Shown piece after piece: positions 17,750-26,841 of a stretch of 64,000 nt of DNA. How positions within the stretch are numbered: position 1 is the first letter of the stretch; the number at the start of each line of letters is the position of its first letter. The notes below the pieces were generated by a model that saw only the letters and a program-made list of their open reading frames with translations, ran no database searches and had not been told where the DNA came from. The position numbers and the translations under genes are program-made. The stretch is from Acidimicrobiales bacterium (GTDB lineage: Bacteria; Actinomycetota; Acidimicrobiia; Acidimicrobiales; Bin134): contig OZ242355.1 of NCBI GenBank assembly GCA_965208805.1, positions 1,480,982 through 1,544,981 on the forward strand. Direction: 5' to 3'.

Positions 17750-19021
17750 GTGGCCGTGAGCGCCATCACTGTCGAGGGGTCGCAGCATTTCACCGGGCGG
17801 CTGAGAGTGCCGGGCGACAAGTCGATTTCCCACCGGGCGCTGATGATTGCCGCGCTTGCCCATCGTCCGTCTGCTATCCGAGGTCTGTCCGACGGCGAGG
17901 ATGTCGCCCACACCCGTCGGGCGGTCGAGGCTCTGGGGGCACAGGTCGAAGTCCATAGCGCAGAGGATGCAACGGTCACCGGCGGGCTGGTTGGGGCTAC
18001 CGGTCCCATTTATCTCGGGAACTCAGGCACTGGCATCCGGTTGCTCGCCGGTTTGACAGCTGGCTTCGACTTCACCACCACGCTGGACGGGGATACCTCC
18101 ATTCGCCGTCGCCCGATGGACAGGATCATCGAGCCGCTCTCGGCCATGGGAGCATCGGTTCGGGGCAGCGGGGACAGCGGTTCGCTGGCCCCCCTGATCG
18201 TGGAGGGCCGCCCTCTGATAGGCATCGAATACACCCTGCCTGTGGCCTCAGCCCAAGTGAAGAGCGCGGTGCTGCTAGCGGCCCTGCAAGCTGAAGGGCC
18301 GACCACGGTCCACGAGCCTGCGATCACCCGAGCCCACACCGAGGAGATGCTGGCCGACGCCGGAGTGAGGGTTGAGCAGCAGGGCCGCTCGACAACGGTG
18401 TGGCCAGGCGAGGTTGAGGCGCTCGACATCGATGTTCCCGGCGACCCCTCACAGGCCGCGTTCTGGCTGGTGGGAGCCTGTGTGGCCCCCGAGAGCGACC
18501 TCACGGTGGAAAACGTCTACCTCGGCCCAGCCCGGGGCGGCTTCGTCGACGTACTGGGTCGCATGGGGGCGGATATCTCGGTCGACTCGGAATCTGGCGA
18601 CATCCGGGCTCGCACCAGCCAGCTGCGAGCTACCCGGGTGACCTCCCAAGAGCTGCCGGGCTGCATTGATGAGGTGCCTATCTTGGCGGTGGCCGCAGCG
18701 TTGGCCGAAGGGGTCACGGTGTTCGAGGGGATCGCCGAGCTGCGGGTCAAAGAAAGCGACCGAGTTGCAGCCATCGTCGAGATGCTCGACGTGCTTGGGG
18801 CCGAGAGCGAGATCGACGGTGAAGTCTTGGCCGTGGGGGGAGTCGAACGGCTGAAGGGCGGTACCGTGGATTCCCATGGGGATCATCGGATGGCCATGGC
18901 CGCGGCCATCGCCGGGGCCGCGGGTTCCAGCTCGATGAACGTCGAAGGCTTCGATGCGGTGGCCACCAGCTACCCGGGCTTTGCCCGAGATCTGAGCGAC
19001 AGCACAGGATGGACCCCGTGA
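17750..19021 (+). CDS. aroA: 3-phosphoshikimate 1-carboxyvinyltransferase (EPSP synthase)
   Basis: 423 aa. LRVPGDKSISHRALM, LGNSGTGIRLL, DHRMAMA motifs. Confidence 0.9.
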   Translation: MAVSAITVEGSQHFTGRLRVPGDKSISHRALMIAALAHRPSAIRGLSDGEDVAHTRRAVEALGAQVEVHSAEDATVTGGLVGATGPIYLGNSGTGIRLLAGLTAGFDFTTTLDGDTSIRRRPMDRIIEPLSAMGASVRGSGDSGSLAPLIVEGRPLIGIEYTLPVASAQVKSAVLLAALQAEGPTTVHEPAITRAHTEEMLADAGVRVEQQGRSTTVWPGEVEALDIDVPGDPSQAAFWLVGACVAPESDLTVENVYLGPARGGFVDVLGRMGADISVDSESGDIRARTSQLRATRVTSQELPGCIDEVPILAVAAALAEGVTVFEGIAELRVKESDRVAAIVEMLDVLGAESEIDGEVLAVGGVERLKGGTVDSHGDHRMAMAAAIAGAAGSSSMNVEGFDAVATSYPGFARDLSDSTGWTP

Positions 19022-19095
19022 GCACCGCCGCCGGAGAGATGGGGGAGGCAGACGCTATGAGCACCGACGCCGGGCAAATGGGCGAGGCGGCCGAG
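19018..19095 (+). repeat. diverged 39-nt tandem duplication of the cmk start region (about 74% identity, hand-aligned)
   Basis: Unit 1 (19018-19056) starts GTGAGCACCG and overlaps the aroA TGA. Unit 2 (19057-19095) starts ATGAGCACCG. They encode STAAGEMGEA / STDAGQMGEA. Confidence 0.7.
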
Positions 19096-19731
19096 CATCT
19101 GAGGGTTGTGGCAATCGACGGACCGGCCGGGTCGGGCAAGTCCACGGTGGCCCGGCGGCTGGCCGAGCGACTGGGGCTGGAGTATTTGGACACTGGGGCG
19201 ATGTACCGCTCGGTGGCTTTCGCCGCGATGGCTCGGGAGGTGGACTTGGCCGACAGCGACGCCATCGTCGAGGTGGCGCGAACCAGCGACATTCACATAG
19301 ACGACACCTCGGTCATCGTCGACGGAGTGGACGCCACCACTCAGATCAGAGGCCCAGAAGTGACCCGATCGGTGAGCACGGTGGCGGCTATCTCGGGGGT
19401 GAGGGAGGTGCTGCGGGTGCGCCAGCAGGCCTGGGTGGTGGAACGGGGCGGAGGGGTTTTGGAGGGTCGGGACATCGGCACCGTGGTTTTTCCCAACGCC
19501 GAGCTCAAGGTGTATCTGAGCGCGTTGGCCGCGGTCAGGGCCGAGCGGAGGGCGGGCGAGGTGAGCGCGCTCGACTACGAGACGGTGGCTGCCGACTTGG
19601 CGGCTCGGGATGCGGCCGACACGACCCGCCAACACGACCCGCTGACCCAGGCGCCCGACGCAGTGCACATTGACACCACCGACCTCACCGTTGACGAAGT
19701 TGTGGACGAGCTGATTGCCCGACTGGGATGA
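19018..19731 (+). CDS. cmk: cytidylate kinase
   Basis: VVAIDGPAGSGKSTVARRLA P-loop. Possible starts are ATG 19009, GTG 19018 (GTGA overlap with aroA) and ATG 19057. Confidence 0.85.
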   Translation: MSTAAGEMGEADAMSTDAGQMGEAAEHLRVVAIDGPAGSGKSTVARRLAERLGLEYLDTGAMYRSVAFAAMAREVDLADSDAIVEVARTSDIHIDDTSVIVDGVDATTQIRGPEVTRSVSTVAAISGVREVLRVRQQAWVVERGGGVLEGRDIGTVVFPNAELKVYLSALAAVRAERRAGEVSALDYETVAADLAARDAADTTRQHDPLTQAPDAVHIDTTDLTVDEVVDELIARLG

Positions 19732-20488
19732 GACAAGTCGAGTTTCATTCCGAGGAGTTGTAGGTCACGTGAACCCGCCCGAGTTGCATCCCGAGGAGCT
19801 GGAGGTCAAAGGGCGATTGGCAGGGGTGGTGTTCCACTTCTTTGTGCAGCGACTGGCCCGAGCGGTTTTCGGCGCATATTTCCGCTGCTACACCCGGGGA
19901 CGACGCAACTTGCCTTCAAAAGGCGGGGTGATCATCGCCCCAACCCACCGCTCCAATCTGGACACTCCGATGATCGGGGCATCGGCTGGGCGTCCACTGC
20001 GCTATTTCGCCAAGAGCGGCTTGTTCCGAGGACCGATTACCACATGGATATTGGTGAGTATGGGGGCCTTTCCTGTTCGAAGGGACATGGTCGACCGCAG
20101 CGCCTTGAAGGCCGCTTTGTCGGTGCTGGAGGCCGGACAGCCGCTGGTGGTGTTCCCCGAGGGTGAGCGCAAGTCGGGCCCCCGCATCCATCCTCTGTTG
20201 GATGGGGCGGCCTGGTTGGCAGCCAAGTCGCAGGTACCGGTGGTGCCGGTGGCCATTGGGGGCACCGAGCGGGCCATGGGCATCGGCGTCCGCATGCCCC
20301 GCCCCCGTGCCGTCCGCCTTGTGTGGGGTGATCCTCTGGACCCGCCCCAAGTGGACGAACGGGGACGGTTGAGCCGGGAGGCCCTGGCCCAGTACTCCAC
20401 AGAGCTGCGGGAGACCCTTCAGAGCATGTTCAACGAGGTGCAGCAGGAGCTGGGCATCCCCGCCTGGGATCCTGACGATTCAGAGTAA
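19715..20488 (+). CDS. plsC: 1-acyl-sn-glycerol-3-phosphate acyltransferase
   Basis: HRSNLD (HX4D) and VFPEGERK motifs. Start is uncertain (TTG 19715 or GTG 19769). Confidence 0.8.
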   Translation: MPDWDETSRVSFRGVVGHVNPPELHPEELEVKGRLAGVVFHFFVQRLARAVFGAYFRCYTRGRRNLPSKGGVIIAPTHRSNLDTPMIGASAGRPLRYFAKSGLFRGPITTWILVSMGAFPVRRDMVDRSALKAALSVLEAGQPLVVFPEGERKSGPRIHPLLDGAAWLAAKSQVPVVPVAIGGTERAMGIGVRMPRPRAVRLVWGDPLDPPQVDERGRLSREALAQYSTELRETLQSMFNEVQQELGIPAWDPDDSE

Positions 20489-20496
20489 AGCTGCTC

Positions 20497-21534
20497 TCAG
20501 CGGCCGGCGATCAGCCCGTCGAGCACGTCGCTGGCTGCCACCTTGCGATCCACCATCGGGGTGGGCGACGGTGGGCCGCCCAGGCTGAAAGAAGCCAGGG
20601 CTCCAGAGGCCTCGATCAGGTCGCGAAGATTGCGGGGCGGAGGGAAGTACTCGTCTTCGTCGGTGATCGAAACCTCCTCGATGCCTTCGGCTGGGTTGAG
20701 TCGGTCCAACACCTCGTTGATCAGCTCTTCAGGAGCGGAGGCTCCGGCGGTTAATCCCACGACGCCGGAGATGTCGTCGGGCAGCTCTGACGCCCGGTTG
20801 ACTCGGAAAACACGCTGGCAGCCCAGCTCTCCGGCTAGCTTCTCCAGCGCCCGGGTATTGGAGGAGTTGGCCGAGCCCACGATGACGACGGTGTCGCATT
20901 GCTCGGCGATGGCGGTCAGTGCAGCCTGGCGATTGGTGGTGGCGAAGCACAGATCGCTGCGCCCTGGCGTCCACATGTCGGGGAACCGGTCTTGGGCCGC
21001 GTGCAGCACCCCCTCCCAGTCTCGGTGCGACAAGGTGGTCTGGGCCAGAAGTGCTACTGGCTCTTCGAAGTCGGCCAGTGCCTCCACGCCGGCAATGTCC
21101 TCTACGGGATGGATTGCTTTGGGGGCTACTGCCATGGTGCCCACGGCCTCCTCGTGGTCCTCGTGGCCCACGTAGATGATGCGGTAGCCCTTGTTGGCCC
21201 GCACTTTGACCTCATGGTGGACCTTGGTTACCAGCGGACATACTGCATCCACCATGTAACTGGCCTGGTCGGTGGCCGCAGCCACAACTTCGGGCGCCGA
21301 ACCGTGGGCGGAGAGCATGATCGGATATCCGGGGGGAACCTCGGAGATGTCGTCTACGAACACCACGCCGAGCTTTTCGAATCGGCGCACCACCAGCTTG
21401 TTGTGGACGATCTCGTGGTAGCAGTACACCGGTCCCTCGAACGTTCGGACCAGCCAGGCCAGCGCCTTGATGGCCATCTCCACTCCGGCACAGAACCCCC
21501 GGGGAGCGGCCAGGATCACCTTCTCGACGTTCAC
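20497..21534 (-). CDS. ispH: 4-hydroxy-3-methylbut-2-enyl diphosphate reductase
   Basis: 345 aa. ILAAPRGFCAGVEMAI N-terminus, conserved Cys residues, actinobacterial-type C-terminal extension. Confidence 0.9.
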   Translation of the reverse strand: MNVEKVILAAPRGFCAGVEMAIKALAWLVRTFEGPVYCYHEIVHNKLVVRRFEKLGVVFVDDISEVPPGYPIMLSAHGSAPEVVAAATDQASYMVDAVCPLVTKVHHEVKVRANKGYRIIYVGHEDHEEAVGTMAVAPKAIHPVEDIAGVEALADFEEPVALLAQTTLSHRDWEGVLHAAQDRFPDMWTPGRSDLCFATTNRQAALTAIAEQCDTVVIVGSANSSNTRALEKLAGELGCQRVFRVNRASELPDDISGVVGLTAGASAPEELINEVLDRLNPAEGIEEVSITDEDEYFPPPRNLRDLIEASGALASFSLGGPPSPTPMVDRKVAASDVLDGLIAGR

Positions 21535-21623
21535 AGAGCCAATTTAGCGGATGATGTTCTCAGCCTTAACTAGGTGGATTTAGTGGTCTGCTCTGGCATT
21601 GCGGGCCTCGTATCATTTCAGGT

Positions 21624-22985
21624 ATGTCCGCGCCTCGGGTCACCGCAGTGGCCGATGGGTCGGTGGCTCAGCGATTCGGTTTGAGGCCTGGCGACGAGCT
21701 GCTGGCCGTCAACGGCTGCGTCCCCAAGGACGTGATCGAGTACCAGCAGTTGGTGGACGAGCCTGAGCTGAGCCTGGACGTCCGCCGCGATGGCGTGGTG
21801 CTGGAGTTGGAGGTGCTCAAGCGGGCCGGGGAGCCGCTGGGCGCCCAGGTAGATTCGGCGCTGTTCGACCGGGTGCAGACTTGCGACAATCACTGCGAGT
21901 TCTGCTTCATCTACCAACTGCCGCCGGGCCTGCGGTCCAGCCTGTATCTGAAGGACGACGACTACCGCCTCTCATTCCTCTACGGGAACTTCACCACTCT
22001 GACCCGATTCACCGAAGCCGACCTGGAGCGGGTGGTAACCGAGCGGCTGTCGCCGCTGAACGTGAGCATCCACGCCACCGATCCCGATGTGCGGGCCGCC
22101 ATGCTCCGAAACCGCCGGGGGGCAACAAGCCTGCGCTGGCTGCGGGCGCTGCTCGACCACGGCATCGAAATACACGGGCAAGTGGTGGTGTGCCCCGACG
22201 TCAACGACGGGGAGGTACTGGAAGACACTCTGGCTGGCGTCACCGACGAGTACCCCGAGTTGGCCAGTGTATGTGTGGTGCCGTTAGGGGTGTCTCGCCA
22301 CACCTCCGAGCCCCGGCTGAGGCCCCACACGAAGGCCGAGGCGATTGCAGTGGTAGAGGCAGTGCACGAGTGGCAGAGAATCAACCGACAGATGCTGGGC
22401 CGCCGCTTGGTGTTTGCCGCCGACGAGTACTACCTGCTGGCCGGGGTCGAATTTCCCGATCCAGAGGCCTACGAGGGGTTTCCCATGCACGAGGATGGGG
22501 TGGGCATGGCAGCCACGCTGAAGATGGAGTTCGCGGGCCAGGCGAAGAGCGCAACCGGGACTCGGCCCGGATTTTTCGCGTGGGTGGAGGGAGCTCCGGC
22601 CGATGGCTACCGGGCCCCTCGGTCCGACGGATCGGTGCCGATAAACATGCGACCGCGTAAGAGCGCTTCGGTGGGGGTGGTCACGGGGGAGTACGGGGCG
22701 GCGGTGCTGGCCCCGCTGCTGAAGTCTCTGGGCCGCGACGATGTGAGGGTAGTGCCGGTGGAAAACCGGTTCTTCGGCGGGACCACCGCGGTGGCTGGGC
22801 TGCTGGTGGGCGAAGACATCGCCCACACGTTGTCCAACCAGCCGGAGGGCCACCGCTATCTCTTGCCCGACGTGTGCCTGTCGCAGGGGATGTTCTTGGA
22901 CGGCACCCGGCCTGACGACCTGCCCCGCCCTGTGGAGGTGGTTCCCTCCGACGGGATCGCGCTGCGAAGGGCGCTCGGTGGCTAG
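21624..22985 (+). CDS. DUF512-type protein with N-terminal PDZ and a radical-SAM-like CX3CX2C cluster
   Basis: 453 aa. GLRPGDELLAVNG (PDZ) and CDNHCEFCFIYQ. Overlaps the der start by 8 nt. Confidence 0.75.
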   Translation: MSAPRVTAVADGSVAQRFGLRPGDELLAVNGCVPKDVIEYQQLVDEPELSLDVRRDGVVLELEVLKRAGEPLGAQVDSALFDRVQTCDNHCEFCFIYQLPPGLRSSLYLKDDDYRLSFLYGNFTTLTRFTEADLERVVTERLSPLNVSIHATDPDVRAAMLRNRRGATSLRWLRALLDHGIEIHGQVVVCPDVNDGEVLEDTLAGVTDEYPELASVCVVPLGVSRHTSEPRLRPHTKAEAIAVVEAVHEWQRINRQMLGRRLVFAADEYYLLAGVEFPDPEAYEGFPMHEDGVGMAATLKMEFAGQAKSATGTRPGFFAWVEGAPADGYRAPRSDGSVPINMRPRKSASVGVVTGEYGAAVLAPLLKSLGRDDVRVVPVENRFFGGTTAVAGLLVGEDIAHTLSNQPEGHRYLLPDVCLSQGMFLDGTRPDDLPRPVEVVPSDGIALRRALGG

Positions 22986-24429
22986 CTCCCTGCCCACGGT
23001 GGCGATCGTCGGACGGCCCAACGTGGGCAAGTCCACGCTCATGAACCGGGTCCTTGGACGCCGAGAGGCCATTGTGGCCGAGCAGCCCGGCGTGACAAGG
23101 GACCGCAAGGAGATGCCGGCCAGCTGGCAAGGGCGGGACTTCACGGTGGTGGACACCGGCGGCTGGCTACCGCAGGGTTCGGGCGACAACGCCTCGATGG
23201 ACGCCAAAGTGTCGGCCCAGAGCGAGAAGTCCATGGAAGGTGCCGACGTCGTGGTGATGGTGGTGGACTCGCATGCCGGCATCACTGGTGACGACGAAGG
23301 AGTGGCGGGACGGCTGCGGGGCCGGGCCGGGCCGGTGCTGGTGGCGGTCAACAAGGTGGACGACGAGGCCCACGAGGACCTCATCTGGGAGTTCATCCGC
23401 CTGGGTTTGGGCGACCCCTTCCCGGTGAGCGCGCTTCACGGACGGGGAGTGGGCGATCTGCTGGACGCGGTGATGGCTGTGTTGCCCGATGAGCCAGCCA
23501 CGGCCACCGACTCCGATACCGACTCCGAGGCTGGTGCCGACATGGTCTCGGTGTCTGGCCAGCCAGGGGCCGATCACCCCATGGTCTCGGTGTCTGGCCA
23601 GCCAGGGGCCGATCACCCCATGGTCTCGGTGTCTGGCCAGCCAGGGGCCGATCACCCCATGGTCTCGGTGTCCATCGTGGGTCGGCCCAATGCGGGCAAG
23701 TCCACCTTGTTCAACCGCCTCATTGGCGATGACCGATCGGTGGTCCACGATCAGCCGGGCACGACGCGCGACGCCATCGACACCGTGGTGGAAACCGAGT
23801 TGGGGCCGATTCGGTTTGTGGACACCGCGGGCATGCGGCGTCGAGCCCGCATCGACCAGGCCACCGAGTACTACTCCCTGCTGCGAGCCTTGGCCGCGGT
23901 TGACCGATCCGACATCGCCCTGTTGGTGATCGACGCCACCGTGGGGGTAACGCACCAGGATCAGCGCCTTGCCGAGCGCGTAGACGGCGCGGGTTGCCCC
24001 ATCGTGGTACTGCTCAACAAATGGGACTTGCTTGATACCGAGGCCCGGGAGGCGATTGCCCTCGACATCGACCACCGTCTGCACTTTTTAGGCGACGCGG
24101 CCGTCCTTCGGGTCAGCGCCTTGTCGGGGAAGGGACTGAATCGGCTCTTGCCCGAGCTTCGGGGCGTGATCGCCGAGTACCGGCGTCGCATTCCCACCCA
24201 GGCGGTGAACCGGGTGCTGCGTGACGCCCAGGCTGCCCATCCTGCCCCCGACGGGGCTCGGGTGCTGTACGCCACCCAGGGGGCGGCCGATCCTCCCACC
24301 TTCACCCTGTTTGCCAACCGGACTCTGCCCCGCACCTATCTTCGCTATCTGGAGCGCAGTCTGCGAGAGGCATTCGACCTCGGATCAGTTCCGGTCAAGC
24401 TGCGGGTGCGCCGCCGCTCCGGGGAGTAA
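22978..24429 (+). CDS. der: ribosome-associated GTPase Der/EngA (two G domains) with a repeat insertion in the inter-domain linker
   Basis: GRPNVGKST...DTGG...NKVD, then GRPNAGKST...DTAG...NKWD, then a KH-like C-terminus. Confidence 0.9.
   Translation: MASSLPTVAIVGRPNVGKSTLMNRVLGRREAIVAEQPGVTRDRKEMPASWQGRDFTVVDTGGWLPQGSGDNASMDAKVSAQSEKSMEGADVVVMVVDSHAGITGDDEGVAGRLRGRAGPVLVAVNKVDDEAHEDLIWEFIRLGLGDPFPVSALHGRGVGDLLDAVMAVLPDEPATATDSDTDSEAGADMVSVSGQPGADHPMVSVSGQPGADHPMVSVSGQPGADHPMVSVSIVGRPNAGKSTLFNRLIGDDRSVVHDQPGTTRDAIDTVVETELGPIRFVDTAGMRRRARIDQATEYYSLLRALAAVDRSDIALLVIDATVGVTHQDQRLAERVDGAGCPIVVLLNKWDLLDTEAREAIALDIDHRLHFLGDAAVLRVSALSGKGLNRLLPELRGVIAEYRRRIPTQAVNRVLRDAQAAHPAPDGARVLYATQGAADPPTFTLFANRTLPRTYLRYLERSLREAFDLGSVPVKLRVRRRSGE
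23542..23673 (+). repeat. perfect in-frame 39-nt tandem repeat x3.4 inside der
   Basis: atggtctcggtgtctggccagccaggggccgatcacccc at 23542, 23581 and 23620, plus a partial copy. It encodes MVSVSGQPGADHP x3 immediately before the second G domain (MVSVSIVGRPNAGKST). Confidence 0.95.
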
Positions 24430-24480
24430 TTGCCAAGAAAGCGCTAAGAACTCCGCCATCTTGCGGGGTAACCTTCGGCA

Positions 24481-25590
24481 ATGGAGAACCTTCTCCTCGT
24501 GCTGACCGCGGGGGTCTGCGCGGTGGCTGCGGGCGTGTTCACCCGAGCGGCCCGGCATCGCTACCGGTTCCTGCTCCGCATTGAGGGAACCCACGCGGGC
24601 GAGGGGTATGACGAAGAGGGCGAATACGCCTACGAGGCGGCCCGCACGCTGGCCCAGTCCAGCTTCCGCCGGGACGCCCATTCTGCCTTGCTGTACGCGG
24701 CTCTGACTGTGGTGGCGGCAATGACCGCAGCCTTGGAGTCCCGCGCGGTGGCCGCCATCCTGGCCCTAGTGGTAGTACCCGCCCTGTTCCCGCTGTGGTG
24801 GGGAAGGCGATCGGTGGCCGAGGCCCGACTCACTCAGGAGCGGTTCGAGATGGAGCGTCGAGCCGAGGAGACGCTGAGCCAGGGCGATCTCGCCCCCCGG
24901 GCCTGGGCCGGGCGACTGGCCCCCGACGATTTGCCCGATTTCGCGGGCTACGAGATGGGTCGGGTGTACCAAGCGGGCGAAGGCGTGATGGCCGGGGACT
25001 TCTTCGACGTGTTCCGAGTAGGCCCGACCCGGGTGGCCGCGGTAATCGGCGATGTGGCCGGTCGGGGCATTGAGTCGTCGATCACCGCATTCCAGGCCAA
25101 GTACCTGCTCCGGGTGTTCTTGCGCCAGTTCCGCGATCCGGCCCAAGCCCTGGAGGAGCTGAACGCCCAGATGTCGTCCATCGAGAGGGCCGAGGAGTTC
25201 ATCTCTGTGGTGGTCGTGTTGTTCGACACCGAGGCCCAGACCATGCGGTACGCCTCTGCCGGACACCCGGCGGCCTGGCTGTGGCATGAGCGAGAGGTGC
25301 AGCCGCTGCGGGCCACCGGGGCGCTGTTGATGCTCGACCCCGACAGCACCTACTTCAGCCGGGAGATTCCGCTGGATCAAGGGGACATGGTGCTCATGTA
25401 CACCGACGGGCTGGCCGAGGTGCGATACGGCGACGCCCAATTCGGCGAGGACCGCATCGCCCAGCACCTACGCCGCGACCCCACCGTTTCCCCCGATGTG
25501 CTGTGCAAGACGCTGTTGGAGGCCGCCCGAGACTTCGCCGATGGCACCATCACCGACGACGTGGCCATCCTGGCCGTCCGCCGGGCCTAG
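24481..25590 (+). CDS. membrane-anchored PP2C/SpoIIE-family serine phosphatase
   Basis: 369 aa. Hydrophobic N-terminal segments, then GDVAGRGIESS and LMYTDGLAEV motifs. Confidence 0.75.
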   Translation: MENLLLVLTAGVCAVAAGVFTRAARHRYRFLLRIEGTHAGEGYDEEGEYAYEAARTLAQSSFRRDAHSALLYAALTVVAAMTAALESRAVAAILALVVVPALFPLWWGRRSVAEARLTQERFEMERRAEETLSQGDLAPRAWAGRLAPDDLPDFAGYEMGRVYQAGEGVMAGDFFDVFRVGPTRVAAVIGDVAGRGIESSITAFQAKYLLRVFLRQFRDPAQALEELNAQMSSIERAEEFISVVVVLFDTEAQTMRYASAGHPAAWLWHEREVQPLRATGALLMLDPDSTYFSREIPLDQGDMVLMYTDGLAEVRYGDAQFGEDRIAQHLRRDPTVSPDVLCKTLLEAARDFADGTITDDVAILAVRRA

Positions 25591-25649
25591 TCCAAGAAGC
25601 TAGGCTGACCGTTCGCAGGACTGCCGCGCGGAACATTTGGGGGGACTAG

Positions 25650-26834
25650 ATGGCTGATGTCGTTCTCGAGGACATCAACAAGGAATACAGCAACGGCTTT
25701 GTGGCGGTCTCCGACCTGAACCTGGAGATCAACGAGGGCGAGTTTCTGGTGATGGTGGGTCCGTCGGGGTGCGGAAAGTCGACCACCCTGCGGATGATTG
25801 CCGGTTTGGAGGACATCACCTCGGGGACGCTCAAGATCGGAGACCGGGTGGTCAACACCCTCGCCCCCAAAGACCGCGACATCGCCATGGTGTTCCAGAA
25901 CTATGCGCTGTATCCCCATATGAACGTGTTTGACAACATCGCCTTCTCGCTGAAGCTGGCGCAGCGACCCAAGGCGGAGATCAGAGAAAGGGTTGGCGAG
26001 GCGGCACGCATTCTTGAGTTGGAGAATCAGCTCGACAAGCGACCGGCCCAGTTGTCGGGTGGCCAGCGCCAGCGGGTGGCCATGGGCCGGGCCATCGTGC
26101 GCCGCCCCCGGGTGTTCCTCCTCGACGAGCCGCTGTCGAATCTCGACGCCAAGCTCCGGGTGCAGATGCGAGCCGAGATCACCGAGCTGCAACGCGAGGT
26201 GGGGGTCACAACCTTCTATGTCACCCACGACCAGGTGGAGGCCATGACCATGGCCGACCGCGTTGCGGTGATCAACCGGGGGATCCTGCAACAGGTGGAC
26301 AGTCCGATGAAGCTGTTCAACGAGCCCGACAACATCTTCGTTGCCGCCTTCATCGGCTCTCCCTCGATGAACCTGATGGAGGCGGTTTTGCAACGGCATG
26401 ACTCTGGACTGTCGATGGAGCTGGGCAGCCAGACGTTGGCGGTGCCTGAATCGGTGCTCGGACAACGACCGGCCCTGGAACGCTACTTGGGCTCGACAGT
26501 GGCTGTCGGCCTGCGGCCCAAGGACTTTGAGGACGCCGCCCTCATGAGCGATCACCCTTCTGATCAGAGGGTGAGGGCTCATGTCTCGCACATCGAGGCT
26601 CTGGGGTACGAGGTGATCGCGTACTTTGAAATGGACGCCAAGCCGATCATCTCCCAAGAGGCGTTGGAGCTGACCGAGGATCAGATGGCTGACGCGGCCC
26701 AAGACTCCACCCGGGTCCACGCCCGCTTCCACCCCACCACATCGGTACAGCCCAACGACGCGATCGAAGTGGCCGTGTCAGTGGAGAACGCGCACTTCTT
26801 CGATCTGGATACCGGGCTGGCTATCCGCCGCTGA
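25650..26834 (+). CDS. sugar ABC transporter ATP-binding protein (MalK/MsiK/UgpC type)
   Basis: GPSGCGKSTTLRMIAGLE, LSGGQRQRVAMGRA, LLDEPLSNLD, C-terminal regulatory domain. GGGGGGA RBS-like tract upstream. Confidence 0.9.
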   Translation: MADVVLEDINKEYSNGFVAVSDLNLEINEGEFLVMVGPSGCGKSTTLRMIAGLEDITSGTLKIGDRVVNTLAPKDRDIAMVFQNYALYPHMNVFDNIAFSLKLAQRPKAEIRERVGEAARILELENQLDKRPAQLSGGQRQRVAMGRAIVRRPRVFLLDEPLSNLDAKLRVQMRAEITELQREVGVTTFYVTHDQVEAMTMADRVAVINRGILQQVDSPMKLFNEPDNIFVAAFIGSPSMNLMEAVLQRHDSGLSMELGSQTLAVPESVLGQRPALERYLGSTVAVGLRPKDFEDAALMSDHPSDQRVRAHVSHIEALGYEVIAYFEMDAKPIISQEALELTEDQMADAAQDSTRVHARFHPTTSVQPNDAIEVAVSVENAHFFDLDTGLAIRR

Positions 26835-26841
26835 GTTCAGG

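Noticed and set aside
23542-23673. Direct repeats at 23542, 32504, 45204 and 47348 as possible CRISPR arrays
   Set aside because: The units are contiguous with no spacers and number only 3-4 copies. Most lie in frame inside ORFs, and no cas genes are present.
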